Source of the DNA: Candidatus Bathyarchaeota archaeon
GTDB taxonomy: Archaea; Thermoproteota; Bathyarchaeia; Hecatellales; Hecatellaceae
Direction: 5' to 3'
Assembly (NCBI GenBank): GCA_052246995.1
Contig: JBQPWD010000004.1
Coordinates: forward strand, 1 to 64,000
Length of the DNA: 64,000 nt
Below, in pieces: positions 49,679-59,382 of the stretch. The notes beneath the pieces were generated by a model. It did no database searches and was not told where the DNA came from. It saw only the letters and a list, made by a program, of their open reading frames with translations. Position numbers and translations under genes: made by a program. Within the stretch, counting starts at the first letter, position 1. Each line of letters begins with the position of its first letter.

Positions 49679-49888
49679 GATAATAAACCTAAACCTATAT
49701 AGAAGTTACCTAAAATAAATCTTACTACAATGTTAACAACAAAAATAAAGTTAAACCTAGTTGGTTAAAAACAGGTGATTACAACTAAAGTAAAGAAGGA
49801 AAGTAAAAAGAGGTTTAACCAGAACAAACGCATATTTATTCGGTAACACCTAAATTCTATTAATATTCTTTTAGCGGGAAGAAGAAAA

Positions 49889-51709
49889 TTGTGTGGAATC
49901 TTTGGAGGTATACTTAAAACTGGGAATGTTGCACCACTTTTACATAAATCCTTAAAGATGTTGGAGTATAGAGGCTATGATTCAGCTGGAGAAGCAACAA
50001 TTCATAACGGAAAAGTTTACGTAAAAAAAGATGCTGGAAAAATTGACGAAATTCATAAAGCCCTTAATCTTGATGAACTTCCAGGAAGAATAGGAATAGC
50101 CCATACAAGGTGGGCAACACACGGAGCACCATTGAAAATTAATGCTCACCCACATCTAGACTGTAAAGAACAGATTGCTGTTGTTCATAACGGCATAATT
50201 GAGAATTTTGAGGAAATTAAAAGAGAGCTTGAAGCAAAAGGCCATATTTTTATTTCTAAAACAGATACTGAAGTTATTCCACATCTTATAGAGGAAAACA
50301 TTAAAAATGGGTTAAATTTTCCTAAAGCTTTTAGGGAAGCTGTTAAAAGACTTGAAGGTTCGTATGCTATAGCTGCAATTTGCAGTTTTGAACCAGACCT
50401 TCTAATTGTAGCAAGAAAAGAAAGCCCGCTTATAATTGGTTTATCGGAGGATGGATATTTCTGTGCTTCAGACATTCCAGCCTTGCTACCGCTAACAAGA
50501 AGTATTTTAGAGGTTTACGATGGAGAAATGGCTATTTTAAGTTTTAAAAATTTAATTCTTGAAAAGATTGGTGACGGTTCTCTGGTTACAAGAAGAACTA
50601 AAACTATTACATGGACCCTTGAAAACGCCATAAAAGGTGGGTATCCACATTTCATGCTTAAAGAAATTCATGAACAACAGGAATCTTTACGTGAAGCCTT
50701 AAGAGTTCAGCAAAAATATGTAGACCTTTTAACAACATTTCTTGGTAAAGCTAAAGATATTTTTCTTTTAGCTTCAGGTACATCTTATCATGCATGTGTT
50801 GCAGGATCATACATTTTTAGTAAGCTTGCAAAAACTTCAACATGTCCTGTGATAGCCTCAGAATTTATTGAACAATTTGGGGACTGTGTTAACATCGATA
50901 CCACTATTCTTGCTGTAAGCCAATCCGGGGAAACAGCTGATGTCCTTAGAGCCATTGACCATGCAAGATTTAAAGCTGCAACAATTTTAGGATTAACAAA
51001 CGTTATAGGTTCAACTCTTACAAGAATCTCAAGAGCCTATTTATGTCAAAATTCAGGTCCTGAGATTGGTGTAGCTGCAACTAAAACTTTTACAGCTCAA
51101 CTTGCAGTTTTAACAATTTTAGCATTAAACCTTGCAAAGGTTAAAGGTAAAATTTCCCAAGAAGATTTTGACAATATTAAAGGTAAGCTTTATGAGATGC
51201 CTAAACTTGTCGGAAAAATTATTGATGAACAAGAAGAGAATGTTAAAAAGATTGCATCAAAACTTAAAAATAAAAACTTATTTGTTTTTCTTGCTAGGGG
51301 AGTTAATGTTGCAACAGCTTTAGAGGGAAAACTAAAGCTTTTGGAAGTTTCCTACATTCCATGCATTGCTTATCCTGCTGGGGAAAGTAAGCATGGACCT
51401 ATAAGTCTAATAGAACCTGGAATACCTGTTGTATGTATATGTCCTAAAGGTGAAACATACAAACTTATGGTTAATAACATTGTTGAAATGAAAAGTAGAG
51501 GGGCAACGGTTATAGGTGTTGTTGAAGAGGATGATGAAGTTTTAAAAAACCTTGATAGTTACATTGAAATACCTAAAGGTATACCTGAAGTATTAACACC
51601 AATACCATACATAGTTCCACTCCAGCTTTTTGCATACTACATGGCTGTAGAAAAAAACCTAGATCCGGATAAGCCTAGAAATCTAGCAAAATCTGTAACA
51701 GTTGTATAA
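49889..51709 (+). CDS. glmS: Glutamine--fructose-6-phosphate aminotransferase
   Basis: MCGI, LEYRGYDSAG, HTRWATHG, SQSGETAD, KHGP, PRNLAKSVTV. Confidence 0.97.
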   Translation: MCGIFGGILKTGNVAPLLHKSLKMLEYRGYDSAGEATIHNGKVYVKKDAGKIDEIHKALNLDELPGRIGIAHTRWATHGAPLKINAHPHLDCKEQIAVVHNGIIENFEEIKRELEAKGHIFISKTDTEVIPHLIEENIKNGLNFPKAFREAVKRLEGSYAIAAICSFEPDLLIVARKESPLIIGLSEDGYFCASDIPALLPLTRSILEVYDGEMAILSFKNLILEKIGDGSLVTRRTKTITWTLENAIKGGYPHFMLKEIHEQQESLREALRVQQKYVDLLTTFLGKAKDIFLLASGTSYHACVAGSYIFSKLAKTSTCPVIASEFIEQFGDCVNIDTTILAVSQSGETADVLRAIDHARFKAATILGLTNVIGSTLTRISRAYLCQNSGPEIGVAATKTFTAQLAVLTILALNLAKVKGKISQEDFDNIKGKLYEMPKLVGKIIDEQEENVKKIASKLKNKNLFVFLARGVNVATALEGKLKLLEVSYIPCIAYPAGESKHGPISLIEPGIPVVCICPKGETYKLMVNNIVEMKSRGATVIGVVEEDDEVLKNLDSYIEIPKGIPEVLTPIPYIVPLQLFAYYMAVEKNLDPDKPRNLAKSVTVV

Positions 51710-51734
51710 ATAGTTGTAAAATAGACTAAAGCTT

Positions 51735-52433
51735 TTAGGTTTTAGGATTTAAACTTAACATTTCACAAAGTTTCAGGTAAACTTTTTCAGCAGCTTCAGG
51801 ATCGGGTTTCTCAGGATTTTCTGGGTGAGGTTGAGTTTTACCAAAAAGACATAATGCGTCGATATTTTTAAGACTGGCTAACCCAAAAATAAGTCCAGAA
51901 AAACCCATAAATGGACCTTCATAGCCAGTATTTAAACCAAAATTTTTTTTGGCTTCATCCAAAAGTTCTTTTTTTGTTGCTGCACAACAAACTTCAGGAC
52001 CATCCATACCGTAGCCTGCAAGAACAATCATTTTTTTGACGTTAAACTTTTCAAGCATGTCTACAACCTTCCATGCAACCTCATATTGTCCCTGAAAATT
52101 TGCATGATAACCTCTTACAAGTATAATTTCAGGTTTAGCTGTAAAGTAAAAGTTAACCCTTGGAAGTATAATCTTGGAATCTTTAAACTTAACACCTACA
52201 TCACCAAGAAAACCAGGTATAGGAGCATATGAAGGCTTAGTATCATAAAATACTGGAAAACTCTTAGAATAAATTTGTAGGAAAAGTTTTGCTTTAAGCT
52301 TCTTAACCAAGCTGGTTAAAGCAAGTTTTCCAACAGAGCGTAAACCAGGTGAACCTACTATAGCTATTGGGTTGGTTAATGGAGGTGAAAATTTAAGTTT
52401 AATTTCTAGATTATCTTTTTCTTGCACACCCAA
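51735..52433 (-). CDS. PAC2 family proteasome assembly chaperone-like protein
   Basis: G.PG..SVGK.A, GQYE.A, G..GL..G, CLFG.T, PDP.AA. Confidence 0.75.
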   Translation of the reverse strand: MGVQEKDNLEIKLKFSPPLTNPIAIVGSPGLRSVGKLALTSLVKKLKAKLFLQIYSKSFPVFYDTKPSYAPIPGFLGDVGVKFKDSKIILPRVNFYFTAKPEIILVRGYHANFQGQYEVAWKVVDMLEKFNVKKMIVLAGYGMDGPEVCCAATKKELLDEAKKNFGLNTGYEGPFMGFSGLIFGLASLKNIDALCLFGKTQPHPENPEKPDPEAAEKVYLKLCEMLSLNPKT

Positions 52434-52462
52434 TTTTACTAACCTTAACCACGCTTTAAAGG

Positions 52463-53257
52463 CTAAATATAGTAGGTTTGTTTTTTAAGGTCAAACGTTC
52501 TTGAAAGCTCCTCTAACGCTTGACGTTCAATTTCCTCTAATTTTCTGATGAAATCTTCAGTTAGTTTTACCTGTTTTTCTATTTCTGCCAAGTCGATTTT
52601 AACATCTAAAATCTTAGTTAAAGTTTCCAGAATTGTTTGAACAGGTTTTACGTCCACAACCATTCTTCCTGAAGGTGTTAAATAGCTCACCGTTTCAGCA
52701 AATAGGCATATTCCTTCTATCTTTTTAAGCTTAGCCAATCCAAAAATCAAGCCATTTAAACCTCTAACATAACCTTTATCTAAGATTTTAATGTTGTACT
52801 TTTTAAGCTCGTTTAACGTTTCTTTTTCTGTTGCAACAGCGTAAACTTTAGGTTTACCATTGTCAGAGTATCCTTTAACAAGATAAGCTGAAAAAGTAAA
52901 AACTTTTTTAACATTAAGCTCTTCAGCTAAGTTTAAAACTTCATATGCAACCTCATATTGACCCTCTGGTGTTAAAGGCTGGGTGTTTCCAGTAAAAAGT
53001 ACTAAGTCGTTTTTTTGCGTGTTATTTCTCCAAAAATATAGTTCATTTTTCATCAGTTCAACAGTTCCATCGTTTTTAACAAGAACATAGGATGGGAAGT
53101 AGTTTGAGTAAATCTCCCTAAAAAGTTTAGCGTTAAGCTTCTCTATAAGATAGTCAATAACATGCTTGGCTATTAAACTGCTATCCATTGTTCCGCATAA
53201 CAGGCATGGTTGACTTAAACTTAACTCAGAAATTAAATGTCTGACCCTCACACTCAT
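52463..53257 (-). CDS. PAC2 family proteasome assembly chaperone-like protein with C-terminal HbYX-like motif
   Basis: FP.YV.V..DG, G..QP...EGQYE, G.NGL..G.AK...IEGICL..ET, C-terminus ...TYYI. Confidence 0.82.
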   Translation of the reverse strand: MSVRVRHLISELSLSQPCLLCGTMDSSLIAKHVIDYLIEKLNAKLFREIYSNYFPSYVLVKNDGTVELMKNELYFWRNNTQKNDLVLFTGNTQPLTPEGQYEVAYEVLNLAEELNVKKVFTFSAYLVKGYSDNGKPKVYAVATEKETLNELKKYNIKILDKGYVRGLNGLIFGLAKLKKIEGICLFAETVSYLTPSGRMVVDVKPVQTILETLTKILDVKIDLAEIEKQVKLTEDFIRKLEEIERQALEELSRTFDLKKQTYYI

Positions 53258-53314
53258 CTTTTTACTCCCATAATTTTTCTGCCTTACGAATATTTAAGGG
53301 ATTTAAAAGTCTAA

Positions 53315-53785
53315 TTGCATAATATCTTTAAAAATGAAATGGTCACCCCAGCTTTGACAGTATACACCATTGGTCATAGCACAAGAAAAATGAGAGAGTT
53401 TTTTAAAGTTTTGTCCTCTTATCATATCAAATCCGTAATTGATGTAAGAAGATTTCCTACTAGCAGTAAATTTCCGTGGTTTAACAAGGACAATCTTAGC
53501 AAAAGGCTTGGTAATCTAGGTATAAACTATTTTCATCTTCCAGAGCTTGGAGGTTTTAGAAGAGGGGGGTATAAAACGTTTATGAAAACTCCTGAGTTTA
53601 AGGTTGGAATTAAAAAACTTTTAAAAATTTTAGAAGAAAATAAAGGCTCAATAGCCATTATGTGTAGTGAAAAGTTTTTTTGGCGTTGTCATAGAAGGTT
53701 TATTGCTGATTTTTTAACCAATCTTGGATTTGAAGTTAACCATATATTGAACGGTAAAGTTTATAGGCATAAATTAAAGCTTTAA
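53315..53785 (+). CDS. DUF488 family protein
   Basis: YTIGHSTR, DVRRFP.S, LGG.R, MC.E....CHR. Confidence 0.9.
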   Translation: MHNIFKNEMVTPALTVYTIGHSTRKMREFFKVLSSYHIKSVIDVRRFPTSSKFPWFNKDNLSKRLGNLGINYFHLPELGGFRRGGYKTFMKTPEFKVGIKKLLKILEENKGSIAIMCSEKFFWRCHRRFIADFLTNLGFEVNHILNGKVYRHKLKL

Positions 53786-53825
53786 AGCTTTAACCTTCTT
53801 AAGGTGTAGTTTTACGGAGTCACAC

Positions 53826-54608
53826 TTGTCGCTTATTACAACTTTAGAAGTTTTTAAGTTAGCTTTTACATTAGCCATACTTAGTTATGCTTCATGGTCT
53901 GACTGGAAAACTAGGGAAGTTACTAACTACGCTTGGGTTATTTTTGCACCAGTAGGTTTAGCTTTAACATTTTTGGAGATACATCTTAGTGGAAACATTG
54001 TGCTGCTATACTCTCTAGCGATATCGACCATAGTTATATCAGGATTATCCATACCAGCTTTTTATCTTGGATTCTTTGGCGGAGCGGATGTTAAAGCGTT
54101 TTTATGCTTAGCTTTAACTTTTCCATGGCCTCTTAAAACTTTTCAACCATTACTGGCTTTTAACCAAGTTTTTCCTTTTTCCTTCTCAATTTTTACTAAC
54201 AGCTTAATTTTAAGCCTTCTTTTAATTCCAGCAATACTCTTTAAAAATTTTTTATTCAAAATTAGGGGGGGTTCTCTTTTTGATGGTTTCGAGGAAGAAA
54301 AAGTTTACAAAAAGTTTTTTGCTCTATTTTTGGGGTTTAAAGTTAAAAAAGAGATGGTAACAACAAGACCTTACATGTTTACGGTTTTAGAGGAAAAACA
54401 AACAGCTGAGGATGGGAAAACTAGGAGAAAATTAAATCTTTCTATTAAACCTATTTACTGGAAAAATACCAACAACGTTAAAGAGCTACCTGATGATGTA
54501 TGGGTTACCCCAACCATACCAATGATAGTGTTCATAGAAGCAGGGATAATTACCTCGATTTTTTTAGGAGACATTATTTCCTGGATTTTTACAATGATTC
54601 TCCGATAA
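53826..54608 (+). CDS. Prepilin/prearchaellin peptidase (A24, FlaK/PibD-like)
   Basis: ASWSDWKTREV, FGGADVK, C-terminal VWVTP.IP. Confidence 0.88.
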   Translation: MSLITTLEVFKLAFTLAILSYASWSDWKTREVTNYAWVIFAPVGLALTFLEIHLSGNIVLLYSLAISTIVISGLSIPAFYLGFFGGADVKAFLCLALTFPWPLKTFQPLLAFNQVFPFSFSIFTNSLILSLLLIPAILFKNFLFKIRGGSLFDGFEEEKVYKKFFALFLGFKVKKEMVTTRPYMFTVLEEKQTAEDGKTRRKLNLSIKPIYWKNTNNVKELPDDVWVTPTIPMIVFIEAGIITSIFLGDIISWIFTMILR

Positions 54609-54864
54609 ATTTAAGCTGAAGGTTTAGCTTATATTCTTGGATTTATTTAGAGTTGTTTTTGTTTGTTAAACTAATTATAAATTATGCTTTCAGTTTCTCT
54701 TTTACCTACCATTTTAACGTTTAAAACTTTTTACTAATTAAGGAAGCTAAAGATTCCTATTTTAAAAATCTTCATGCCCTTGAAAGCCATGTTTTCAGCT
54801 TCTCATAACAACGGAGAAGTTATGTATTTATTAGTAAAAAGCAAATATTATTGAGGATGGTAAA

Positions 54865-55290
54865 TTGGAGAAGGTTACAAGAATTAGTATAACCATACCT
54901 AAGGAGCTTCTTAAAGAATTCGATGAAACAAGCCGAACGGTCGGGTACAGGAAACGCTCAAGAGCTGTAAGTGAGGCTATTAGAAAATTTATAGCTGAGC
55001 ATAAACTTTTAGAGAAAATAAAATTGGGCGATTGCGCCGGAACTATCACATACACCTACAATCACGAAGTTAGAGGTTTACCGGATAGAATAACAGAAAT
55101 TCAACATAGATACTCGGACATCATTAGCTCAACTTTACATATACATTTAGACGAGAAAAATTGCCTTGAAAATCTTATGGTGAGGGGTAGTGTAGACAAG
55201 GTTAAAAAACTGGTTAAAAGACTAAAATCATCAAGGATAGAAAATTTACAATACATACTTCTACCATTATCCTCAAAAAAGCTAAGTTAA
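54865..55290 (+). CDS. nikR: Nickel-responsive regulator NikR
   Basis: RISITIP..LL.EFD ribbon-helix-helix, RS.A...AIR, Y.H, QH, H.H....CLE metal site. Confidence 0.92.
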   Translation: MEKVTRISITIPKELLKEFDETSRTVGYRKRSRAVSEAIRKFIAEHKLLEKIKLGDCAGTITYTYNHEVRGLPDRITEIQHRYSDIISSTLHIHLDEKNCLENLMVRGSVDKVKKLVKRLKSSRIENLQYILLPLSSKKLS

Positions 55291-55301
55291 AACTGTCTAC
55301 A

Positions 55302-56369
55302 CTACTTTTTGGGTTTTATATAGTCTTTACCTTTAGCCTTTAAAGAGCCAACAACAACCCTAAAATACGATTTACCACTTCTTTTATCTTCAACCTCTTC
55401 TAATACTCCTCTTACGTTAACCCATTCACCTTCAGAAAAAATTCCACAATATAAGCCTTCATACGAAACAATTTCATCAATATCAACCTTAGCTTTAGGA
55501 AATTTACATACTGCTTCTTCAATTTTGTAGGTTGAGGGCATGAATATTGATTCTTCAACATTTAAAATTTTTGCATCAACATCAACCAAATCTTTTTGGT
55601 GAACAATTTTTTCACCATATTTTTCTCTAACTTCACTACCAAGCCTAATTGGATGGATTGAAAACATTTTTTCTTCAAAAATACCCCTATTCCATATACG
55701 TCTATAAAGCTCCTTAGCTTCGTCAACTGTTAGAGGGTAAAGTTTAGCTTTGTCACTACACCAGTCTTGAAGTATTTTTCCTGTAAATTTTGATAAACCT
55801 GAAGAAGAACTCTTGTACAGGTCAAGCACAGCTTCTTTAACTTTTAAGCTATTTTCTAAACCGTAAACTGTTATATCAATATCTGAGAAATCTGGGTTAT
55901 GTATTTTAAGTAAAATAGATCCTGTAACACCGAAAAACTTCTCGGGAACACCGCTAACCTCAGACAATTTTAAAATAAGTTTTAAAGCTTTATTCTCTAA
56001 ATAGTCTAGTTTTTTATTCTGGGCAATAATTTCCGAAATTCTTTCCTCAGGACGTAGATGAAGCTTAATGCTGTTTAAGGGTACACTTGAAAATTTAAAG
56101 CCGCAGGTTTCGTCATAAGTAATATACTTTGGATAGTTTGTTTCAAGGTAGGTTAACGTTTTTTCAATCTGAGGTATAGTGTAAAATGTTAAAATTCTTT
56201 CATAACCACCTTTTAGGTTATCTCTTGGAACATACTTTAAATAGGAAATAACCCTCCTAGGAGGATGGACATATCCCACCACACAAAAAAACAGGTTCTC
56301 AACGGTTTGAACATAATCTCTATCCTTAAACTCGCCCTTAAACCTTAACATTTGAGATAAACCCCTCAA
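55302..56369 (-). CDS. Predicted nucleotidyltransferase (pol-beta superfamily, COG1665-like)
   Basis: F.V.G..HPP..VI.YLKY.P, GVTGS.L......SDID..VYG, C-terminal OB-like region. Confidence 0.75.
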   Translation of the reverse strand: MRGLSQMLRFKGEFKDRDYVQTVENLFFCVVGYVHPPRRVISYLKYVPRDNLKGGYERILTFYTIPQIEKTLTYLETNYPKYITYDETCGFKFSSVPLNSIKLHLRPEERISEIIAQNKKLDYLENKALKLILKLSEVSGVPEKFFGVTGSILLKIHNPDFSDIDITVYGLENSLKVKEAVLDLYKSSSSGLSKFTGKILQDWCSDKAKLYPLTVDEAKELYRRIWNRGIFEEKMFSIHPIRLGSEVREKYGEKIVHQKDLVDVDAKILNVEESIFMPSTYKIEEAVCKFPKAKVDIDEIVSYEGLYCGIFSEGEWVNVRGVLEEVEDKRSGKSYFRVVVGSLKAKGKDYIKPKK

Positions 56370-56375
56370 AAATGC

Positions 56376-57377
56376 TTAATCTTTTGGGTAAAAAAGGTCA
56401 CCACTTTCCCCAATAATAACTCTAAAGTACTCACCTTTAACGGATAAAACCTTTTCAAGTTTGCCTTTAACATAAACCCTCTCAAATTTTTTAGCTTGTT
56501 CACAAAACCTTCCTCTAAAAGATACCACCTCTTTTACCATACCAGGGTCTTTAAGGGTTCTGTTAATCACCGAAACATTTCCTAACTTATATTTTGATGG
56601 TGTAAATATAGCTTCGCTGTCATCAACAACATCAGCTTCAAGCTCAATAGACCCCACATACCTGTAGTATTTTTCACCATATCTTTCATCCCCCTCCCAG
56701 ATGTTTTTAATAAACCTAATAAAGTACTCTCTTTGGTTAAAAAATCCTTGAAAAAGTTTTCTTGATTCAACTTTAACAAATTTCTCAAAAGGTAGAGGGG
56801 AATCCTTAACCCTAAACGTATAAAGCTTCTTAAGCTGGTCTTCTTCATATGGTTTTATTAAACCCTCACTTAAAAGCTTTCTAAGAGCGCTATGCACAGC
56901 TTTACATTCTTCTGTACCATAAACAACTAAATCTATATCTGAATCCTCTTTATGTAAACTAACCATAACCGAGCCTGAAACACCTAAACTCGACGGGGAG
57001 ATAGAAGCAAATTTACAAATAAGTTTTACAAACTTAACAGAATCTTCTTCAAGCTTATCAAGATTAATTTTGGTTAAAAGTAGTTGTAGAAATTTTTGTG
57101 GGTGGTAAAATCTTTTAATTCTGGTTCTTGGCACCTCAGCCAAAATGCTATTAAAAACAGGATCAAACCTTAAATATTCAGGAAATTTTTCTTTTAAAAA
57201 AAGGAGAGAATCGGTTAAAGACAAAAATTTTTTGTAACCTTTTCTTTCACCATTTGGAATGTACTTGGGATAAGCTATAACGTAAGTTGGTGGATGAATG
57301 TTTCCTTTTACAGCAAAAATAATACCTTCTAAACTTTCAAGATAATCACCTTCCATTGGAAGGTGTTCTAAATCCAA
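56376..57377 (-). CDS. Predicted nucleotidyltransferase, tandem paralog of 55302-56369
   Basis: F.VKG..HPP..VIAYPKY.P, GVSGS.......SDIDLVVYG, RGRFCEQA. Confidence 0.75.
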   Translation of the reverse strand: MDLEHLPMEGDYLESLEGIIFAVKGNIHPPTYVIAYPKYIPNGERKGYKKFLSLTDSLLFLKEKFPEYLRFDPVFNSILAEVPRTRIKRFYHPQKFLQLLLTKINLDKLEEDSVKFVKLICKFASISPSSLGVSGSVMVSLHKEDSDIDLVVYGTEECKAVHSALRKLLSEGLIKPYEEDQLKKLYTFRVKDSPLPFEKFVKVESRKLFQGFFNQREYFIRFIKNIWEGDERYGEKYYRYVGSIELEADVVDDSEAIFTPSKYKLGNVSVINRTLKDPGMVKEVVSFRGRFCEQAKKFERVYVKGKLEKVLSVKGEYFRVIIGESGDLFYPKD

Positions 57378-57566
57378 TTTTCCACTCCTTATTCTGTTTT
57401 CACGTTTTTAAACCTACTATCTATTAATTTACTGGAAAATTAAGCATTACGGAAAAAACTTAATTAAAGAAGAGCCACTTTAGCTGCGCTATACCTAGTT
57501 AACTCACAATTTAGGCTTGATAACTAACAAATATTTCCACCGTGCATAGTTAATTTTTGAGGCCTA

Positions 57567-58214
57567 TTGAGTAAAAAAGGAATCGTCGTACTGGCAGGTG
57601 GTAGAGGAGTTAGACTTAAAAGAAAACTTCCAAAGCCGCTTATAAAACTTCATGGAAAAACTCTTATTGAGCATGTTTTAGAAAAAGTTCAAAAAGTTTC
57701 AAAAAACGTAGTTATTGTTATTAGTAAGGAGGAGGATGAAAAAGCTTTTAGAGACATTGTTTCAGACCGTATACCAATACTTGTTGACGTGGTTAAGAAT
57801 GTTGGGCCTCTATCTGGAATGTTAACAGGTATGCAGAAAATTGAGGCAAATTACGTGTTAACTGTTCCATCAGACACTCCATTTATTAACCCTGAAATCT
57901 TAAAATACCTTTTTAAGAAAGCCAAGAGCCCGGTAGACGCTGTTGTCCCAATTTGGCCTAACAATTTTAAGGAGCCTCTTCAAGCGGTATACAAAAGGAA
58001 TTCAACAGTCAAGGTGTTAGAGGAAAATATTAAAGATGGAGAATTCTCAGTTTTAAGCTTAACGAGAAAATTAAAGAATGTCTTATACATTTCCGTCGAG
58101 GAACTTAAGGTTTTTGATCCTAAATTAATCACGTTTTTTAACATAAACACAGATAGAGACTTACTGCTGGCTAGAAAACTCGTTAGACTATACTCATCTA
58201 GGGTGGAAAAATAG
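57567..58214 (+). CDS. mobA: Molybdenum cofactor guanylyltransferase
   Basis: LAGGRG.R, K.L, GPL.G, D.PF, EPL.A.Y, FFNINT..DL. Confidence 0.88.
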   Translation: MSKKGIVVLAGGRGVRLKRKLPKPLIKLHGKTLIEHVLEKVQKVSKNVVIVISKEEDEKAFRDIVSDRIPILVDVVKNVGPLSGMLTGMQKIEANYVLTVPSDTPFINPEILKYLFKKAKSPVDAVVPIWPNNFKEPLQAVYKRNSTVKVLEENIKDGEFSVLSLTRKLKNVLYISVEELKVFDPKLITFFNINTDRDLLLARKLVRLYSSRVEK

Positions 58215-58254
58215 ATAAAACTTTGATAATAAGAAGATAACTGTGGTGGTTTAA

Positions 58255-59103
58255 ATGGGTAAACCATCTAAGCTTTTATACATTAAAGAAAAGCACATAG
58301 TAACTATAATAATTAACAGACCTGAAGTTTTAAACTGTATTGACCCTGAAACAGATGCTCTTCTAGCTGACGCTTGGATTAAATTTAGAGAGGATGAAAA
58401 TGCTTATGTAGCAATAATAACTGGAGCTGGAGAAAAATCGTTTTGTACAGGAGCAGACTTAAAAAGCTGGCCTGAATATCTAAAAAGCCGTAATGTGAAT
58501 TTTTTAAGAAAACGGGCATACTATGGTCCTGGTTTTGGAGGCATAACTAGGGGTATTGAAGTTTTTAAACCTATAATTGCAGCTATTAATGGCATGTGCT
58601 ACGCTGGAGGCTTGGAAATTGCTCTTGCAACAGATATAAGATTGGCTGCAGAACATGCAAAATTTGGTGTTTTAAACAGAAGATGGAATGTGGGGTTAGG
58701 GGATGGTGGAACACAAAGACTTCCAAGAGTTATTGGGTTAGGTAGAGCTCTAGAACTCATTCTTACTGGAAAAGAGATTGACGCTTATGAGGCTTATAGG
58801 ATAGGTCTAGTAAACGAGGTTGTACCCAAGGATAAACTTATGAGTAGAGCTAAAGAAATTGCAAAAACTATATGTAAATATCCTCAAGGCTCTATAAGAA
58901 CAGATAAAGAGGCAGTAATTAGAGGAGTGGGTAAAGATTTAGAAGAAGGTTTGAGAATAGAAAACATGCTTTTCAACACACTACTTTTAACTCACGACTT
59001 TTATGAAGGCCCAAAAGCGTTTGCAGAAAAACGTAAACCAAAGTACACAAATGAGAAAGAAAAAATAGGAGGGTTAATTTCACACCATCTTCATGAAAGA
59101 TGA
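58255..59103 (+). CDS. Enoyl-CoA hydratase/isomerase family protein
   Basis: NRPEVLN, FCTGADL, KPIIAAING...AGG.E.AL..D.R, GGTQRLPR.IG. Confidence 0.92.
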   Translation: MGKPSKLLYIKEKHIVTIIINRPEVLNCIDPETDALLADAWIKFREDENAYVAIITGAGEKSFCTGADLKSWPEYLKSRNVNFLRKRAYYGPGFGGITRGIEVFKPIIAAINGMCYAGGLEIALATDIRLAAEHAKFGVLNRRWNVGLGDGGTQRLPRVIGLGRALELILTGKEIDAYEAYRIGLVNEVVPKDKLMSRAKEIAKTICKYPQGSIRTDKEAVIRGVGKDLEEGLRIENMLFNTLLLTHDFYEGPKAFAEKRKPKYTNEKEKIGGLISHHLHER

Positions 59104-59382
59104 GGTTTAGAAAAACAACACAAAAACTTAACATTACACACAGTTTTCCATACAGGGGACATTCTACAAAGCCCTTTTCTTGTATAGTTGTTGTCGCATT
59201 TTTTTAAAAAGAAAAAAAGTTTTGATAGATTCGCTAGACACATAGCATGTTAACTATTGATCAAACTACTAAAATATGAAAAAAGTTGTCTTCCAATTTT
59301 TAATCTTAGGGTATTGCGGATAATTTGTCTACTTAAGAGTTGGGAAGTATAATATACAAGTTTTTAGCTTTTTAGGTTTATA

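Noticed and set aside
54804-54824. CATAAC-N9-GTTATG inverted repeat upstream of nikR as an autoregulatory site
   Set aside because: Only 6-bp arms in AT-rich DNA, with spacing unlike known NikR operators.
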